From IMG/VR virus record IMGVR_UViG_3300031705_000005, positions 1 through 53,572 of that record: a stretch of 53,572 nucleotides of DNA; one strand, 5' to 3'. The notes under the pieces are model-generated. The model had not been told where the DNA came from, made no database searches, and saw only the letters and a program-made list of their open reading frames with translations. The position numbers and the translations under genes were made by a program. Shown here one piece after another: positions 24,024-34,502 of the stretch. Within the stretch, counting starts at the first letter, position 1. The number at the start of each line of letters is the position of its first letter. Source of the DNA: a virus (lineage: Duplodnaviria > Caudoviricetes).

Positions 24024-24797
24024 ATGGTACATTTATTAGATGAAACACAAATCGCAGATAACTACGAAAAACTTCGTAAGTTAATTAATCAAACGTTTAC
24101 AGGCGAACGTTTAGAATCCCTTAATAAGATGTATGACCATCTTGAGGATAGGATTGTTTTAACACCAGCCTCATCAACTGCACATTTTCATAACGCATTT
24201 GCTGGTGGTTATATAGACCACGTTTTAAGAGTTACTCTTAATGCAGTAAAGGTGTTTGAGTTATATTCAGAAGCTGGTATAGGGATTGGTGACTATGATA
24301 AAGAAACTGTAATCTTTACCGCATTACATCATGATTTGGGTAAGATTGGGAATGCTGATGAAAGTTGGTATATCCCAAACGATTCCCAATGGCATGTTGA
24401 GAATCAGGGGAAAGTATATAAAACTAACCCAGAAATGCATTGGATGAATCTTAATGATAGAACGTTTTGGATGTTAAATCATTTTGGTATAACAATTTCA
24501 GAAGTAGAGTACTTAGGTATCAAACTTACTGATGGGCTATATGATGATGGTAACAAGCCGTACTTTATAGCATATGGTGCTGATAACGCTTTGAAATCAT
24601 CACTACCATTTGTAATGCATCAAGCCGATATAATGGCTGCTCGATTTGAAAATGAGAGATGGGTGAAATTACAAAGTGGTGGAAAGCCAACAAAGAATGT
24701 TGGTGGTAGACCCGCAAAGAAAACAAAATTAGAAACTATTAAAATGCCAGAGAAAGTTGATTTCAAATCAATCTTTGGTGATATAGAGGAATCATAA
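24024..24797 (+). CDS. HD-domain phosphohydrolase
   Basis: PAS...HNAFAGGYIDH, ALHHDLGKIG, HQAD. Confidence 0.88.
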   Translation: MVHLLDETQIADNYEKLRKLINQTFTGERLESLNKMYDHLEDRIVLTPASSTAHFHNAFAGGYIDHVLRVTLNAVKVFELYSEAGIGIGDYDKETVIFTALHHDLGKIGNADESWYIPNDSQWHVENQGKVYKTNPEMHWMNLNDRTFWMLNHFGITISEVEYLGIKLTDGLYDDGNKPYFIAYGADNALKSSLPFVMHQADIMAARFENERWVKLQSGGKPTKNVGGRPAKKTKLETIKMPEKVDFKSIFGDIEES

Positions 24798-24798
24798 T

Positions 24799-25095
24799 AT
24801 GGAATATATAATTTTAGGTTTAGTGGTATTGATATTAATAATAACTTACGCTCTATGGAACTCATTACGAAAGTATGAGATTCTGGAGCTAGAGTTGAAT
24901 GATACTGATACACTAATTGAAACAGCACACGCTTCAATGAAGAAAGCATTTTTAAGAATGACATCAATCGATAGATTGGGTGCATTTGAAGCAGATGATG
25001 AGAGTGGATACATCTTTGAGCAAATTAAAGATGCAATGGAACTATTAAATAACGAATATAACTTAGATGGCGAAGAGCAGAAAGAAACGAAGTAA
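24799..25095 (+). CDS. membrane-anchored hypothetical protein
   Basis: N-terminal TM helix; GAFEADDESG.IF. Confidence 0.75.
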   Translation: MEYIILGLVVLILIITYALWNSLRKYEILELELNDTDTLIETAHASMKKAFLRMTSIDRLGAFEADDESGYIFEQIKDAMELLNNEYNLDGEEQKETK

Positions 25096-25789
25096 AAGAT
25101 ACTTTACACAAATAACTGAAATCGCTATTAATGCGTATAATAATTGTGATGATGATAGACTTAAGAATAAAATCTACAACAGATTTATTCACTACCCATT
25201 TGATAAATTATCAGAAAACGTAATTCATACTTATAAGACGTACTACTTTAATGACCCATATGAGGATATCAAAGCAAATGTAGTAGCATTCTTAAATGAA
25301 AAGATTGATAGGTTCAATGGGGATAACGGTAGGGCATTTTCATACTTTACAGTAGTAGCTCGTAACTATTTATTTAATGAGAACAACGCTAACTACGCTA
25401 GAATGAAATCGAGAGATGACTTAACAGCAGTTGATTCATCCAGAAATATTATCAATGAAGTAGTAAGTGAGGCAATGAAGGAAACTAAATCCGATTTTAT
25501 GGATTACTTCGTTGAGTATATTGATTATCATTTATATGAATTATTCACTAAAGATAGAGACCGTGCAATTGCAGATGCAATAAACGAGTTATTTAGAACA
25601 CGTGCTGATTTATATTCGTACAATAAGAAGGCATTGTACATACTTATAAGAGAACGTACAGGCGTTCATACACAATACATAACTAAGGTGGTTGGTAAAT
25701 TAAAAGGATTATACGCTGAATTATTTGAAGAGTATAATAAAAATGGATATTTATCAGTAACACATACGTTGAAGGAGAAAAATGGATAA
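25067..25789 (+). CDS. Phage sigma-factor-like protein (T4 gp55-like, probable late sigma)
   Basis: Region-2-like KIDRFNGDNGRAFSYFTVVARNYL; located immediately before the virion genes. Confidence 0.65.
   Translation: MAKSRKKRSKRYFTQITEIAINAYNNCDDDRLKNKIYNRFIHYPFDKLSENVIHTYKTYYFNDPYEDIKANVVAFLNEKIDRFNGDNGRAFSYFTVVARNYLFNENNANYARMKSRDDLTAVDSSRNIINEVVSEAMKETKSDFMDYFVEYIDYHLYELFTKDRDRAIADAINELFRTRADLYSYNKKALYILIRERTGVHTQYITKVVGKLKGLYAELFEEYNKNGYLSVTHTLKEKNG
25747..25754 (+). promoter_or_regulatory. Candidate late promoter ATATTTAT
   Basis: 27 nt before ATG 25782. Confidence 0.4.
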
Positions 25790-26144
25790 GGATACTGAAT
25801 TATTTAAAGGTAAGACATTTGCAGATATAATGTCGGATGTATATCACAATTCTAAAAAGAAAGATAGGCAACTGAAATTACTAATAGCTCAACTCGAACC
25901 GTTAGTTAAAAACATTAATGATGCTACTATTGTCGTGCCGTTAATAAAAGAGTATATGGAAGTTTCCATTAGAAATGATGAACAAATAGTTAAACTTGCC
26001 GCAATCGTTCAGAGAATGATGAAAGATGCAAACTCCGATGATGGTGGTGGTTTAGGTTTATCAGAAGAAGAGAAAAAACAATTAATGGCAAACGCTAAAG
26101 CTATTGATGAAAAAATAGATGTATTACAATCGGGAGATGAGTAA
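25782..26144 (+). CDS. hypothetical helical phage protein
   Basis: 120 aa, overlaps the upstream stop. Confidence 0.8.
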   Translation: MDKDTELFKGKTFADIMSDVYHNSKKKDRQLKLLIAQLEPLVKNINDATIVVPLIKEYMEVSIRNDEQIVKLAAIVQRMMKDANSDDGGGLGLSEEEKKQLMANAKAIDEKIDVLQSGDE

Positions 26145-27857
26145 ATGGCTAGTACAAAAATAACCAACGCAACTGTAGTCAGTTATAGTTTAGTTGATGA
26201 TGATGTAAATAACATATACGAAATAAGTGCAGCATCAGTTGGTAGTAATAATACAATTACGAAGGCATACCCCCTTGATGTCAATATAAAGCGAGTACCT
26301 ATTCTTGGTGAATCCGTAATACTAATGACATCAGATTCAGCTGAAACGGCAGGTGGTTCGAACACAACTCGAACTTACTATATGAATTCAGTTGGGATTC
26401 AAAACAACATACATACTAATGCACTTCCTGGTTCTAAGGCTACTAAGTCCGGTGAATCTGATGCTGGGTATTCTAAAACAGCCGCTGGTAATCCAAACGC
26501 ATCGGGAAATTCCGATGGTGATGTTGATTTAGGTGATGGGTTTGAAGAGCGTGATGATGTGGGTTCATTACAGCCATTCTTAGGTGATATATTAATTGAA
26601 GGTAGATTCGGACATTCTCTTCGATTCGGATACTCTCCCAAAGGTTCGGGTGGTACGCTAGACCCTTCTTGGTCGGCATCAACAACTAATGACCCAATTA
26701 CAATTCTATCCAATGGGCGTGGTTCTGCTGGAAGTTATAATAAATTTACTATTGAGGATATAACCGCAGATAAATCATCTATATGGTTAACCTCATCTCA
26801 AAAAATTAAATTAGGGGTATCAAATAAAATCCCATCTGATATCAAATCACAAGCTGATTTCGATACTCCAACAATAATATTAAATTCAGACCGACTTGTA
26901 TTAAACTCCAAAACTGATTGGGTTGTATTAAGTGGTGCTAAATCAGTTGCCGTAGCAACTCCGGGTTGGGCAATGGATATGGATAAAATGTTCACAATCA
27001 TAGAGGGATTAATACAACAACTTTCAGATTTAACATCAGCTAAAGCAACATATGCTACTGGTGTAGGTCCAACTGGGCCTGCCACAAACGCAGCAGATGT
27101 TGCAAAGCTACTTAGTGAATTTCAATCAATGGGTGGTGGTTCTAATGAATCCCCAACCCCATCGGCTGGTTCCGGTGGTGGTTCATCTAATGGGGGTTCA
27201 TCTAATGGGGGTTCATCCCAATCGGGTCGAGGTCCTCGAACATCTACTAAAAGTGGTAATGATTCTAATTCAAACGCGGGTTCAGCAAACCCATTCACAC
27301 CAACCTCTGATGCAATGGGTGGTGATGATACAGGTGGGCTTGACCCTACAATTGGGTTAAGTGATTCTGTATGTGAGGGTGGGATTCCACCAACATGGGA
27401 TACTAAATATACGGATAAGAGAATATTAAAATTACACCCAATCATTAGATGTGATGCTGCAAATATGATTAATGAAGCAGCTGCGGCTGGCATGAATTTC
27501 AGAGTATCACAAGCATTACGAACAATCGAAGAGCAGAATAAATTATACGCTAAAGGTAGAACTACGGCTGGTGGTATTGTAACCAACGCTAGGGGTGGTT
27601 CATCCTATCATAATTATGGGTTAGCATTTGATGTGGTACTAATTAAAAATGGTGGCGTAGTATGGAAAGGGCCTGATTACGCAAAATTAGGACAAATCGG
27701 TAAGAAGTATGGATTTGAGTGGGGTGGTGATTGGACTAGTTTCAAAGATAAACCACACTTTCAAAAGAAATTCGGAAAAAGTACACGACAATTAATGGCA
27801 TCAGTATCACATCAATCATCTCCGTATCCATCGGAATCATCATTGGGGATAGCATAA
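26145..27857 (+). CDS. Baseplate hub/spike (gp5-like) protein fused to M15-family (L-Ala-D-Glu type) peptidase
   Basis: N-terminal P.LGE.V and GD.LIEGRFGHSLR, beta-repeat region, G/S linker; C-terminal RT.EEQ..LY..GR, SYHNYGLAFD, WGGDW, DKPHFQ. Confidence 0.75.
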   Translation: MASTKITNATVVSYSLVDDDVNNIYEISAASVGSNNTITKAYPLDVNIKRVPILGESVILMTSDSAETAGGSNTTRTYYMNSVGIQNNIHTNALPGSKATKSGESDAGYSKTAAGNPNASGNSDGDVDLGDGFEERDDVGSLQPFLGDILIEGRFGHSLRFGYSPKGSGGTLDPSWSASTTNDPITILSNGRGSAGSYNKFTIEDITADKSSIWLTSSQKIKLGVSNKIPSDIKSQADFDTPTIILNSDRLVLNSKTDWVVLSGAKSVAVATPGWAMDMDKMFTIIEGLIQQLSDLTSAKATYATGVGPTGPATNAADVAKLLSEFQSMGGGSNESPTPSAGSGGGSSNGGSSNGGSSQSGRGPRTSTKSGNDSNSNAGSANPFTPTSDAMGGDDTGGLDPTIGLSDSVCEGGIPPTWDTKYTDKRILKLHPIIRCDAANMINEAAAAGMNFRVSQALRTIEEQNKLYAKGRTTAGGIVTNARGGSSYHNYGLAFDVVLIKNGGVVWKGPDYAKLGQIGKKYGFEWGGDWTSFKDKPHFQKKFGKSTRQLMASVSHQSSPYPSESSLGIA

Positions 27858-28465
27858 TGGCAGTAATATGGCCCACATTCATATCATCCGTTGGTGAATA
27901 TCTTAATGATTCATCTGAGGGGAAATCCCACGATGAAACGGCGGAGAAGATTGCATCTGAATATCATAATGCAGTAAAGGCTGCCACTACATCCCTTCAT
28001 ATGAATGGTGTAATGGTTCAAGCTCCATATACTCCTATTAAAATGGCAATAGAAAGGGTATTTGATGATATTAGAAATTCAGAGGGAAATCCTCAACTAA
28101 TCCATTTTATGGATTGGGCAACGCAAATATCAACATATTGGTTATCAGCAACAATGAACCCAATGCCATTTCACCCAATTAATATGACAACATCAACTGG
28201 AACGGCCGGAGTACCAATCCCAATATCACATATCATAAACAATGGAGGAGTAATCCCAGCGCTACAATCTGATTTATTGAACGCATTTACACATACATCC
28301 GTAAATCAGCCATATGGGATACCATTCGCTACGAAATTATCAACTGCATTCATAAACCACCTATCGATGGTTGGTGGTTTACAAACAGCAACAGTCATAC
28401 CCGGAACACCAACAACACCGGGCCCACCATTTCCATTACCATCTATGTGGCTTGGCATGGTGTAA
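27857..28465 (+). CDS. probable baseplate-associated protein
   Basis: 202 aa with a Pro-rich internal duplication, coupled to the spike gene. Confidence 0.6.
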   Translation: MAVIWPTFISSVGEYLNDSSEGKSHDETAEKIASEYHNAVKAATTSLHMNGVMVQAPYTPIKMAIERVFDDIRNSEGNPQLIHFMDWATQISTYWLSATMNPMPFHPINMTTSTGTAGVPIPISHIINNGGVIPALQSDLLNAFTHTSVNQPYGIPFATKLSTAFINHLSMVGGLQTATVIPGTPTTPGPPFPLPSMWLGMV

Positions 28466-28479
28466 AACAAAAGTTTTTA

Positions 28480-28487
28480 ATATTTAT
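28480..28487 (+). promoter_or_regulatory. Candidate late promoter ATATTTAT
   Basis: Intergenic, 15 nt before ATG 28503. Confidence 0.5.
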
Positions 28488-28502
28488 ATAAAAGTAAAAC
28501 AA

Positions 28503-29024
28503 ATGAAAGCAAAAGAATTAGCACAACTATTAGAATTAATCGTAAGAAAGGTAGTACGAGAGGAACTAAAACCGTTATTAAAAGAGGTTAAATTAAACTC
28601 TAAGCCTATTATTAAGGAGGTTCGTAAAACTCCCCACGTTATTACTCGTAAAACTAAAGAGGTAGACCCATTGGATGTATCTCATATTTTAGGTGCCGCT
28701 CCAACTACTATAGTAGAAAAGAAGCAAACTGAATATACCAAAAACTCAATGTTAAATTCTATATTAAATGAAACCGCAGATGAGGGTGAATGGAAAACTA
28801 TGGAAGGTACATTCAAACAGAATCAATCTCAAGGGTTTAATTATAGAGCTGGAATGCAAGAAGCAATTGGGTATGGTGATGCTCAATCGAATATGATGCC
28901 AACTACTGATATAGATGGTAGACCGGTTGATACTAACAATGCACAGGTTGCTGCAGTTGGCGCTGCATTAACAAAAGATTACTCAGCATTAATGAAAAAC
29001 ATTAACGCTAAAAAGGGGAAGTAG
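28503..29024 (+). CDS. hypothetical virion-module protein
   Basis: Track ORF 28371..29024; ATG 28503 preferred; RKVVREEL and ALTKDYS.LM motifs. Confidence 0.75.
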   Translation: MKAKELAQLLELIVRKVVREELKPLLKEVKLNSKPIIKEVRKTPHVITRKTKEVDPLDVSHILGAAPTTIVEKKQTEYTKNSMLNSILNETADEGEWKTMEGTFKQNQSQGFNYRAGMQEAIGYGDAQSNMMPTTDIDGRPVDTNNAQVAAVGAALTKDYSALMKNINAKKGK

Positions 29025-29027
29025 TAA

Positions 29028-29468
29028 ATGGCTAAGCAACGTAAGGAATTTAAAATCAATCCTAATGATTTTCAAAAGGATGTAGCCGTTGGTATTAAAT
29101 TACCATTCGGTAAAGTTAAAGGTGTATTTGCTCAGAGTTATACAACTGAAGAGCAGGTTATTTCTAACTTAAAGAACTTATTATTAACCCGAAAGGGTGA
29201 ACGTCCGTTCCAACCGTTGTTCGGTGCAGATGTATATACCTTAATGTTTGAGCCAATTGAATCTGGGTTAGCCGGTCAAATGGAAACTTCATTAGCAGAG
29301 GATATTGAATATTGGTTACCATATATAATCATCAGTAAGATTAACGTAGAATTCCAACCTGATAGGAACTATGTAAGTATATCATTGAAATTTAAAATAT
29401 CAGAAGAGGGTGCAAACCAGGAAATAATAATATTTATAGATTCAGCAGGTGTAGGTTCTATACAATAA
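29028..29468 (+). CDS. Baseplate wedge subunit, gp25-like
   Basis: NLKNLLLTRKGER.F.P.FG, IEYWLPYI. Confidence 0.88.
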   Translation: MAKQRKEFKINPNDFQKDVAVGIKLPFGKVKGVFAQSYTTEEQVISNLKNLLLTRKGERPFQPLFGADVYTLMFEPIESGLAGQMETSLAEDIEYWLPYIIISKINVEFQPDRNYVSISLKFKISEEGANQEIIIFIDSAGVGSIQ

Positions 29469-29481
29469 TAGGTAAACAATT

Positions 29482-31422
29482 ATGGCAAAAGCAAATAAAA
29501 CGGATATAGTCCAAAAGGATGTATCATTAATCGGTAAAGATTTCGGAGAATTAAGAAAAACATTAATTGATTTTTCAAAGAATTACTTTCCAGAAACTCA
29601 TACTGATTTTAACGAATCATCACCTGGTATGATGTTTATAGAAATGGCATCGTATGTAGGTGATGTTCTTTCATTCTATACCGATGTTCAATTAAGAGAA
29701 TCTCTATTAACTACAGCAGAGGAAAAACCAAATCTATTTAACCTTGCATCCGCATATGGGTATAAACCAAAAAACGTAACACCTGCCGCTACTGTAATGG
29801 ACGTGTTCCAACTAATCCCAGCAATGGGTAGTGGTGATGATGTTAGACCCGATTACTCATACGCAATGACGGTTGATAAAGGGATGCAAATCGGTTCTAC
29901 TGAATTCTCGGATGTTGAGTTCAATACAGTATCTCAAATTAATTTCGGATTTTCATCATCGTTTGAACCAACTGAAGTATCGGTATATCAAATTGATGAA
30001 TCCACTAATGAGCCTGTATATTATCTTTTAAAGAAAAAGGTAAAAGCTTCAAGTGGTAAAACTAAAACAGCAACGTATGAATTTGGTTCTCCAAAAATAT
30101 ACGATAAGATAAAATTAGAAGAACCTAAAATTATCAGAGTAACTTCTATTAAAGATGAAGATGGTGATGTTTGGACTAATGTACCGTTCTTAGCACAGGA
30201 TACTGTGTTTGAGCAAATAGAAAACAACGAAGATAACTCAAATGATATGAGTCAATTCAATAGTGATACTCCATATCTATTATCATTGAATAGAGTTCCA
30301 AAACGATTTATAACTAAATTCGAAGATGAAAAAACAATGGTTATACAATTTGGAGCTGGTATATCATCAAATGCAGATGAGGAAATTATTCCCAATCCAG
30401 ATAATGTGGGTTCATCATTATATAATGTTGTTGGTGATATTGACCAAGGAATTGACCCATCAAATTTCCTATATACTAAAACATACGGAGTTGCTCCATC
30501 AAATACTACACTTACAGTTAAATATTTAATTGGTAATGGTTTAATTGATAATGTACCTGCGAAGGATTTGGTAAATATTTTAGGGGCATCTAAAGAAGTT
30601 GCCAATGAAATTAATTTAGATAAAGATTTATTACGATTTATAAAAGGTTCATTGGCAGTATCAAACCCTGAAGCCGCAATTGGTGGGAGGAGTGAAGAAT
30701 CGATGGATGAAATTCGTAACAACGCAATGGCGTGGTTCGCAGCTCAAAATAGAACGGTTACTAGAGAAGATTATGTAATGAGATGTTACGCATTACCACC
30801 ACAATTTGGTTCGGTAGCAAAAGCATACTTAGCACAAGATTATCAAATGGAAACTAAGAAGAAAGATGGTACAACATTATCAGAAGAGATTCCAAACCCA
30901 TTAGCATTGAATTTATATACAATGGGGTATAATAATCAGAAAAAGGTAGTACCATTAAATAAAGCAACTAAAACTAATCTTAGAAATTACATATCATATT
31001 ACAGAATGTTAACTGATGCAGTTAATATTAAAGATGCACATATTGTTAATTTAGGAATTGATTTTGAAATAACAGTATTACCTGAATATAATTCTAATGA
31101 AGTTCTATTGAGAAGTATAGCAGCATTAAAGGATTATTTTAATATTGACAATTGGAGAATTAATGAACCAATTAATTTATCTAAGGTTTATGTATTATTA
31201 GATAAAGTTGATGGTGTACAGAGTGTACCAAGACCCGATAAAGAGGGTAATGGTGGATTGCAAATATACTGTAAATTTAATGGTAATTATGCACCTAATA
31301 AATATAGTACCAAAAACGCAACTAAGGGTGGTATTATATACCCACCGAAAGACCCATCAATATTTGAAATTAAATTCCCTAATAGTGATATTAGAGGACA
31401 GGTTATTACCCAATCATTCTAA
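29482..31422 (+). CDS. Baseplate wedge subunit, T4 gp6/baseplate J-like
   Basis: DF..L...L, DFNESSPG, YVGDVLSFY.D, IQFG.G, GG..EES..EIR, QNRTVT.EDY. Confidence 0.9.
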   Translation: MAKANKTDIVQKDVSLIGKDFGELRKTLIDFSKNYFPETHTDFNESSPGMMFIEMASYVGDVLSFYTDVQLRESLLTTAEEKPNLFNLASAYGYKPKNVTPAATVMDVFQLIPAMGSGDDVRPDYSYAMTVDKGMQIGSTEFSDVEFNTVSQINFGFSSSFEPTEVSVYQIDESTNEPVYYLLKKKVKASSGKTKTATYEFGSPKIYDKIKLEEPKIIRVTSIKDEDGDVWTNVPFLAQDTVFEQIENNEDNSNDMSQFNSDTPYLLSLNRVPKRFITKFEDEKTMVIQFGAGISSNADEEIIPNPDNVGSSLYNVVGDIDQGIDPSNFLYTKTYGVAPSNTTLTVKYLIGNGLIDNVPAKDLVNILGASKEVANEINLDKDLLRFIKGSLAVSNPEAAIGGRSEESMDEIRNNAMAWFAAQNRTVTREDYVMRCYALPPQFGSVAKAYLAQDYQMETKKKDGTTLSEEIPNPLALNLYTMGYNNQKKVVPLNKATKTNLRNYISYYRMLTDAVNIKDAHIVNLGIDFEITVLPEYNSNEVLLRSIAALKDYFNIDNWRINEPINLSKVYVLLDKVDGVQSVPRPDKEGNGGLQIYCKFNGNYAPNKYSTKNATKGGIIYPPKDPSIFEIKFPNSDIRGQVITQSF

Positions 31423-31433
31423 GGAGATAAATA

Positions 31434-33479
31434 ATGATATATAGAACATACGCACAAAAAGATACTACCATATACGAGGAACGCTCTCGTACAAACCAAA
31501 ATACTGGAGGTGACCAGATATTAGAAGTATCTAAGATATTTAATCCGATTACTAATAACTGGGTTGGTAACAGTCGGATACTTTCTAAATTTGATATAAG
31601 CGCCATATCACAATCAATTGTGAATGGTTCGATATCCGGTAGTGGTGATACTGAATTCTACCTTAACCTAACATCAGTTGAGGAAGTGGAAGTAAATGCT
31701 GAGTATAGCTTGGAGGTATTCCCTATATCACAAAGTTGGGATGGTGGTGTTGGTCAATATAATTACAACCCACACTCGAACGATGGTGCAAGTTGGGTAT
31801 ATAGGACTGGTAATACTAAATGGAACATAACTAATCCGAGTGTATTTAATGAGGTATCCGACCGAGGAGTACCACTCGATGGTATTATTTTATATGAAGG
31901 GTTTGGTACTGTATCGACTGGTTCGGCTTATTTAACCGAGTCAATTAATGATATGGCGGGTAATCCCCCATTTGCGTTTGTACAAGATGATAAATTAATT
32001 ATATCAGCATCGCAATTCTCCGGAACAACATTAGTATTCCCAGCTCAATTAGAAGAAAACAAAACATACGGATTACAATTCCAATTGGATCCAGGTACCT
32101 TTACTGATGTTCAGTTTAGACTTGAAGACCCGACTGGTGTTGTAAAAACTGATGGTGCGTTTGGGAACTATGAAAGTTTTACAATGACACAGCCTGCTAC
32201 TCAATCATTTCAATTAACATCAACAATGAGTGGTGTTCATAAACTTAGATATACATTCTTTGATGCAAATGAAACACTATATCCAACTAAAACTGCATCA
32301 TTTGATGAGGTATATGTATATGAGATAGAGGGTGATACTGTAGCTTGGGAAACGTTCGCATTAAACACTGGTGGATTTGCATTGAAAAATGTTATCAAAA
32401 ACACTAATGGGGTGTTACCAACGATGGCTGTATCTGAATCCAAATTAACATTGGAATCAAGTAATATAGGTGGCGGTGATGCTACATTTAATAAGATATT
32501 AGATTCTACATTAGAATACACAGTAACGACCTTAATTGATAATGGGACATTCCCTGAAATCGGATTTGCTCTATATAATCCATATGGTATAAAGATGAGA
32601 AGTGGGATTACAAACCTCACATCATCATTCACAACACCAACAACACAAAGTATCACATTCACTCCGTTACAATCTGGTAACTATACATTTGCATATACTT
32701 TCTTTGAAAGTGGTTCAATCGTAGGTGGTAGGACTGGTTCGATTGATGATTTTAAAATAACATCATCAGGCTCATTACCAACCGTAGAAACTTCTGCTGC
32801 TGGATATCATCAACAATCGGGTGGTGCAACTTGGTACACATCATCAGTTGATAACACAAATGTATCACAGATATTCAACAAATACACAACCGATTTAAGT
32901 GTAAACGTTACATCATATGTTAATGATTGGATATCGGGTGGTAGACCTAATGATGGGTTCATTGTAAAAAGACCAGCAACCGCAGAGAGTGGTTCAACTC
33001 GATATGGTTCATCTAAATTCTTTTCATCTGAAACGAATACTATTTATGTTCCAACATTGGATGTTCGATGGGATGATTCACAATTCAACACCGGTTCACT
33101 ATTACCATTGGTATCTACTAACATTATAGTATATCCAAAGAACTTATTGGCAGAATATAAAGAAACATCAAAAGCTCGTATAAGAGTGCTTGGTAGAGAG
33201 AGATTCCCACAACGAACTTTCTCATCAACATCTCTATTAACTGATGTAAAATATTTACCACAAACTACTTATTACCAGATAAGGGATGCAGAAACAAATT
33301 TAGTGATAGTTCCATTCGATACAAAATATACCAAAGTGAGTTGTGATGCTGATGGTAATTATTTTGACTTTTGGTTTAACACATTTCAACCTGAACGATT
33401 TTATCAACTTGAATTTAGAGTTGATAATGGAAGTACAAAATCGTATTATGATGGTAACGTATTTAAAGTAGTTAGATAA
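31434..33479 (+). CDS. virion structural protein (DNRLRE-like N/C regions with inserted beta domains)
   Basis: KDTTIYE..N.G.D..LEV, SRILSKFD; within the baseplate cluster. Confidence 0.65.
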   Translation: MIYRTYAQKDTTIYEERSRTNQNTGGDQILEVSKIFNPITNNWVGNSRILSKFDISAISQSIVNGSISGSGDTEFYLNLTSVEEVEVNAEYSLEVFPISQSWDGGVGQYNYNPHSNDGASWVYRTGNTKWNITNPSVFNEVSDRGVPLDGIILYEGFGTVSTGSAYLTESINDMAGNPPFAFVQDDKLIISASQFSGTTLVFPAQLEENKTYGLQFQLDPGTFTDVQFRLEDPTGVVKTDGAFGNYESFTMTQPATQSFQLTSTMSGVHKLRYTFFDANETLYPTKTASFDEVYVYEIEGDTVAWETFALNTGGFALKNVIKNTNGVLPTMAVSESKLTLESSNIGGGDATFNKILDSTLEYTVTTLIDNGTFPEIGFALYNPYGIKMRSGITNLTSSFTTPTTQSITFTPLQSGNYTFAYTFFESGSIVGGRTGSIDDFKITSSGSLPTVETSAAGYHQQSGGATWYTSSVDNTNVSQIFNKYTTDLSVNVTSYVNDWISGGRPNDGFIVKRPATAESGSTRYGSSKFFSSETNTIYVPTLDVRWDDSQFNTGSLLPLVSTNIIVYPKNLLAEYKETSKARIRVLGRERFPQRTFSSTSLLTDVKYLPQTTYYQIRDAETNLVIVPFDTKYTKVSCDADGNYFDFWFNTFQPERFYQLEFRVDNGSTKSYYDGNVFKVVR

Positions 33480-34501
33480 TGGCAGAAAAGACAATAGATA
33501 TAGTAGCTGAAAAGCTAGAACGATTGGAGATTAGACGTAACACTTCTAATCAAATAATCTCATATACATTACCTGAAGAAACTCCAATGAGTTATGGGTA
33601 TGTAAAATTAGGGGGACATCGAACCTCATTTGTAATTACCGATTATAATAAGGTGTTACATTCAGCTCCATATATGCTAGTTGAACCGATACCGGAATTG
33701 GAACTTGATATTATACGAAGTTCTCATTTAGCATTAAATAAGTTCGTACCACCAAGCGCTCCATTTGTAGATGATACTGAGCTTGATTTCGAAGATGAAG
33801 ATGGGGTAGAATTCATTGATACATTCAGCGCTAGGTATATGATAGATACATCACACAACACCCCACCAAATGGGAATGTATGGGGGTTATTGAACTTTCC
33901 GAATCTAATTAATAACAACTCAGCTGTAAATCATAACCACGCCGTATATCAAACTTTGAAATTTACAAAAGTGGTATATGGACCAACTCAAGTGACTCCG
34001 GGTAGATATCTAATCACCCCTGAGCTTATTGAATCTGGTCGTGATTTAAAAATGAAATATGTGACTAGCCTTAAAAATCAAAATATAACTGGGAATGTGG
34101 AAAACTCAGTAGGGTTACATCGATTCAGAGCAAGTGGTAATTCAGCCCATATGGGGGAATCGTATGAAACAACCAACGCAACTACTGATTATAAATCAAT
34201 GACATTACAAAGTGATATTGTTATTAAAAATGAAGATATGATTGCATATGATGAGTGGCAATTACAAGGTAAGTCATCAGCACCAACGGGTCAGTTCATA
34301 CGAAGTGAAACGAGTGTTTGGGAAATTGAAGTATCAGATGAGGGTGAGGTATATAATACACAACCCACTAATGTGGTTAGTGAGGCACCCGAAATCACTA
34401 TGAGTGCTGGTTCAAGTGTAGCAGCAAGTAGATATAATACAACATCACATCAATCATCGGAAAATCGAAGAGACGATAGAAGAGATAATAGAAGAGGTTA
34501 A
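33479..34501 (+). CDS. probable virion protein
   Basis: 340 aa, TAATG coupling, Arg-rich C-terminus. Confidence 0.65.
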   Translation: MAEKTIDIVAEKLERLEIRRNTSNQIISYTLPEETPMSYGYVKLGGHRTSFVITDYNKVLHSAPYMLVEPIPELELDIIRSSHLALNKFVPPSAPFVDDTELDFEDEDGVEFIDTFSARYMIDTSHNTPPNGNVWGLLNFPNLINNNSAVNHNHAVYQTLKFTKVVYGPTQVTPGRYLITPELIESGRDLKMKYVTSLKNQNITGNVENSVGLHRFRASGNSAHMGESYETTNATTDYKSMTLQSDIVIKNEDMIAYDEWQLQGKSSAPTGQFIRSETSVWEIEVSDEGEVYNTQPTNVVSEAPEITMSAGSSVAASRYNTTSHQSSENRRDDRRDNRRG

Positions 34502-34502
34502 T

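Noticed and set aside
13570-31444. Alternative-frame + strand ORFs (13570, 14317, 15909, 16878, 22768, 27097, 30326, 31208)
   Set aside because: Nested out of frame in long genes; explained by low-complexity codon usage.
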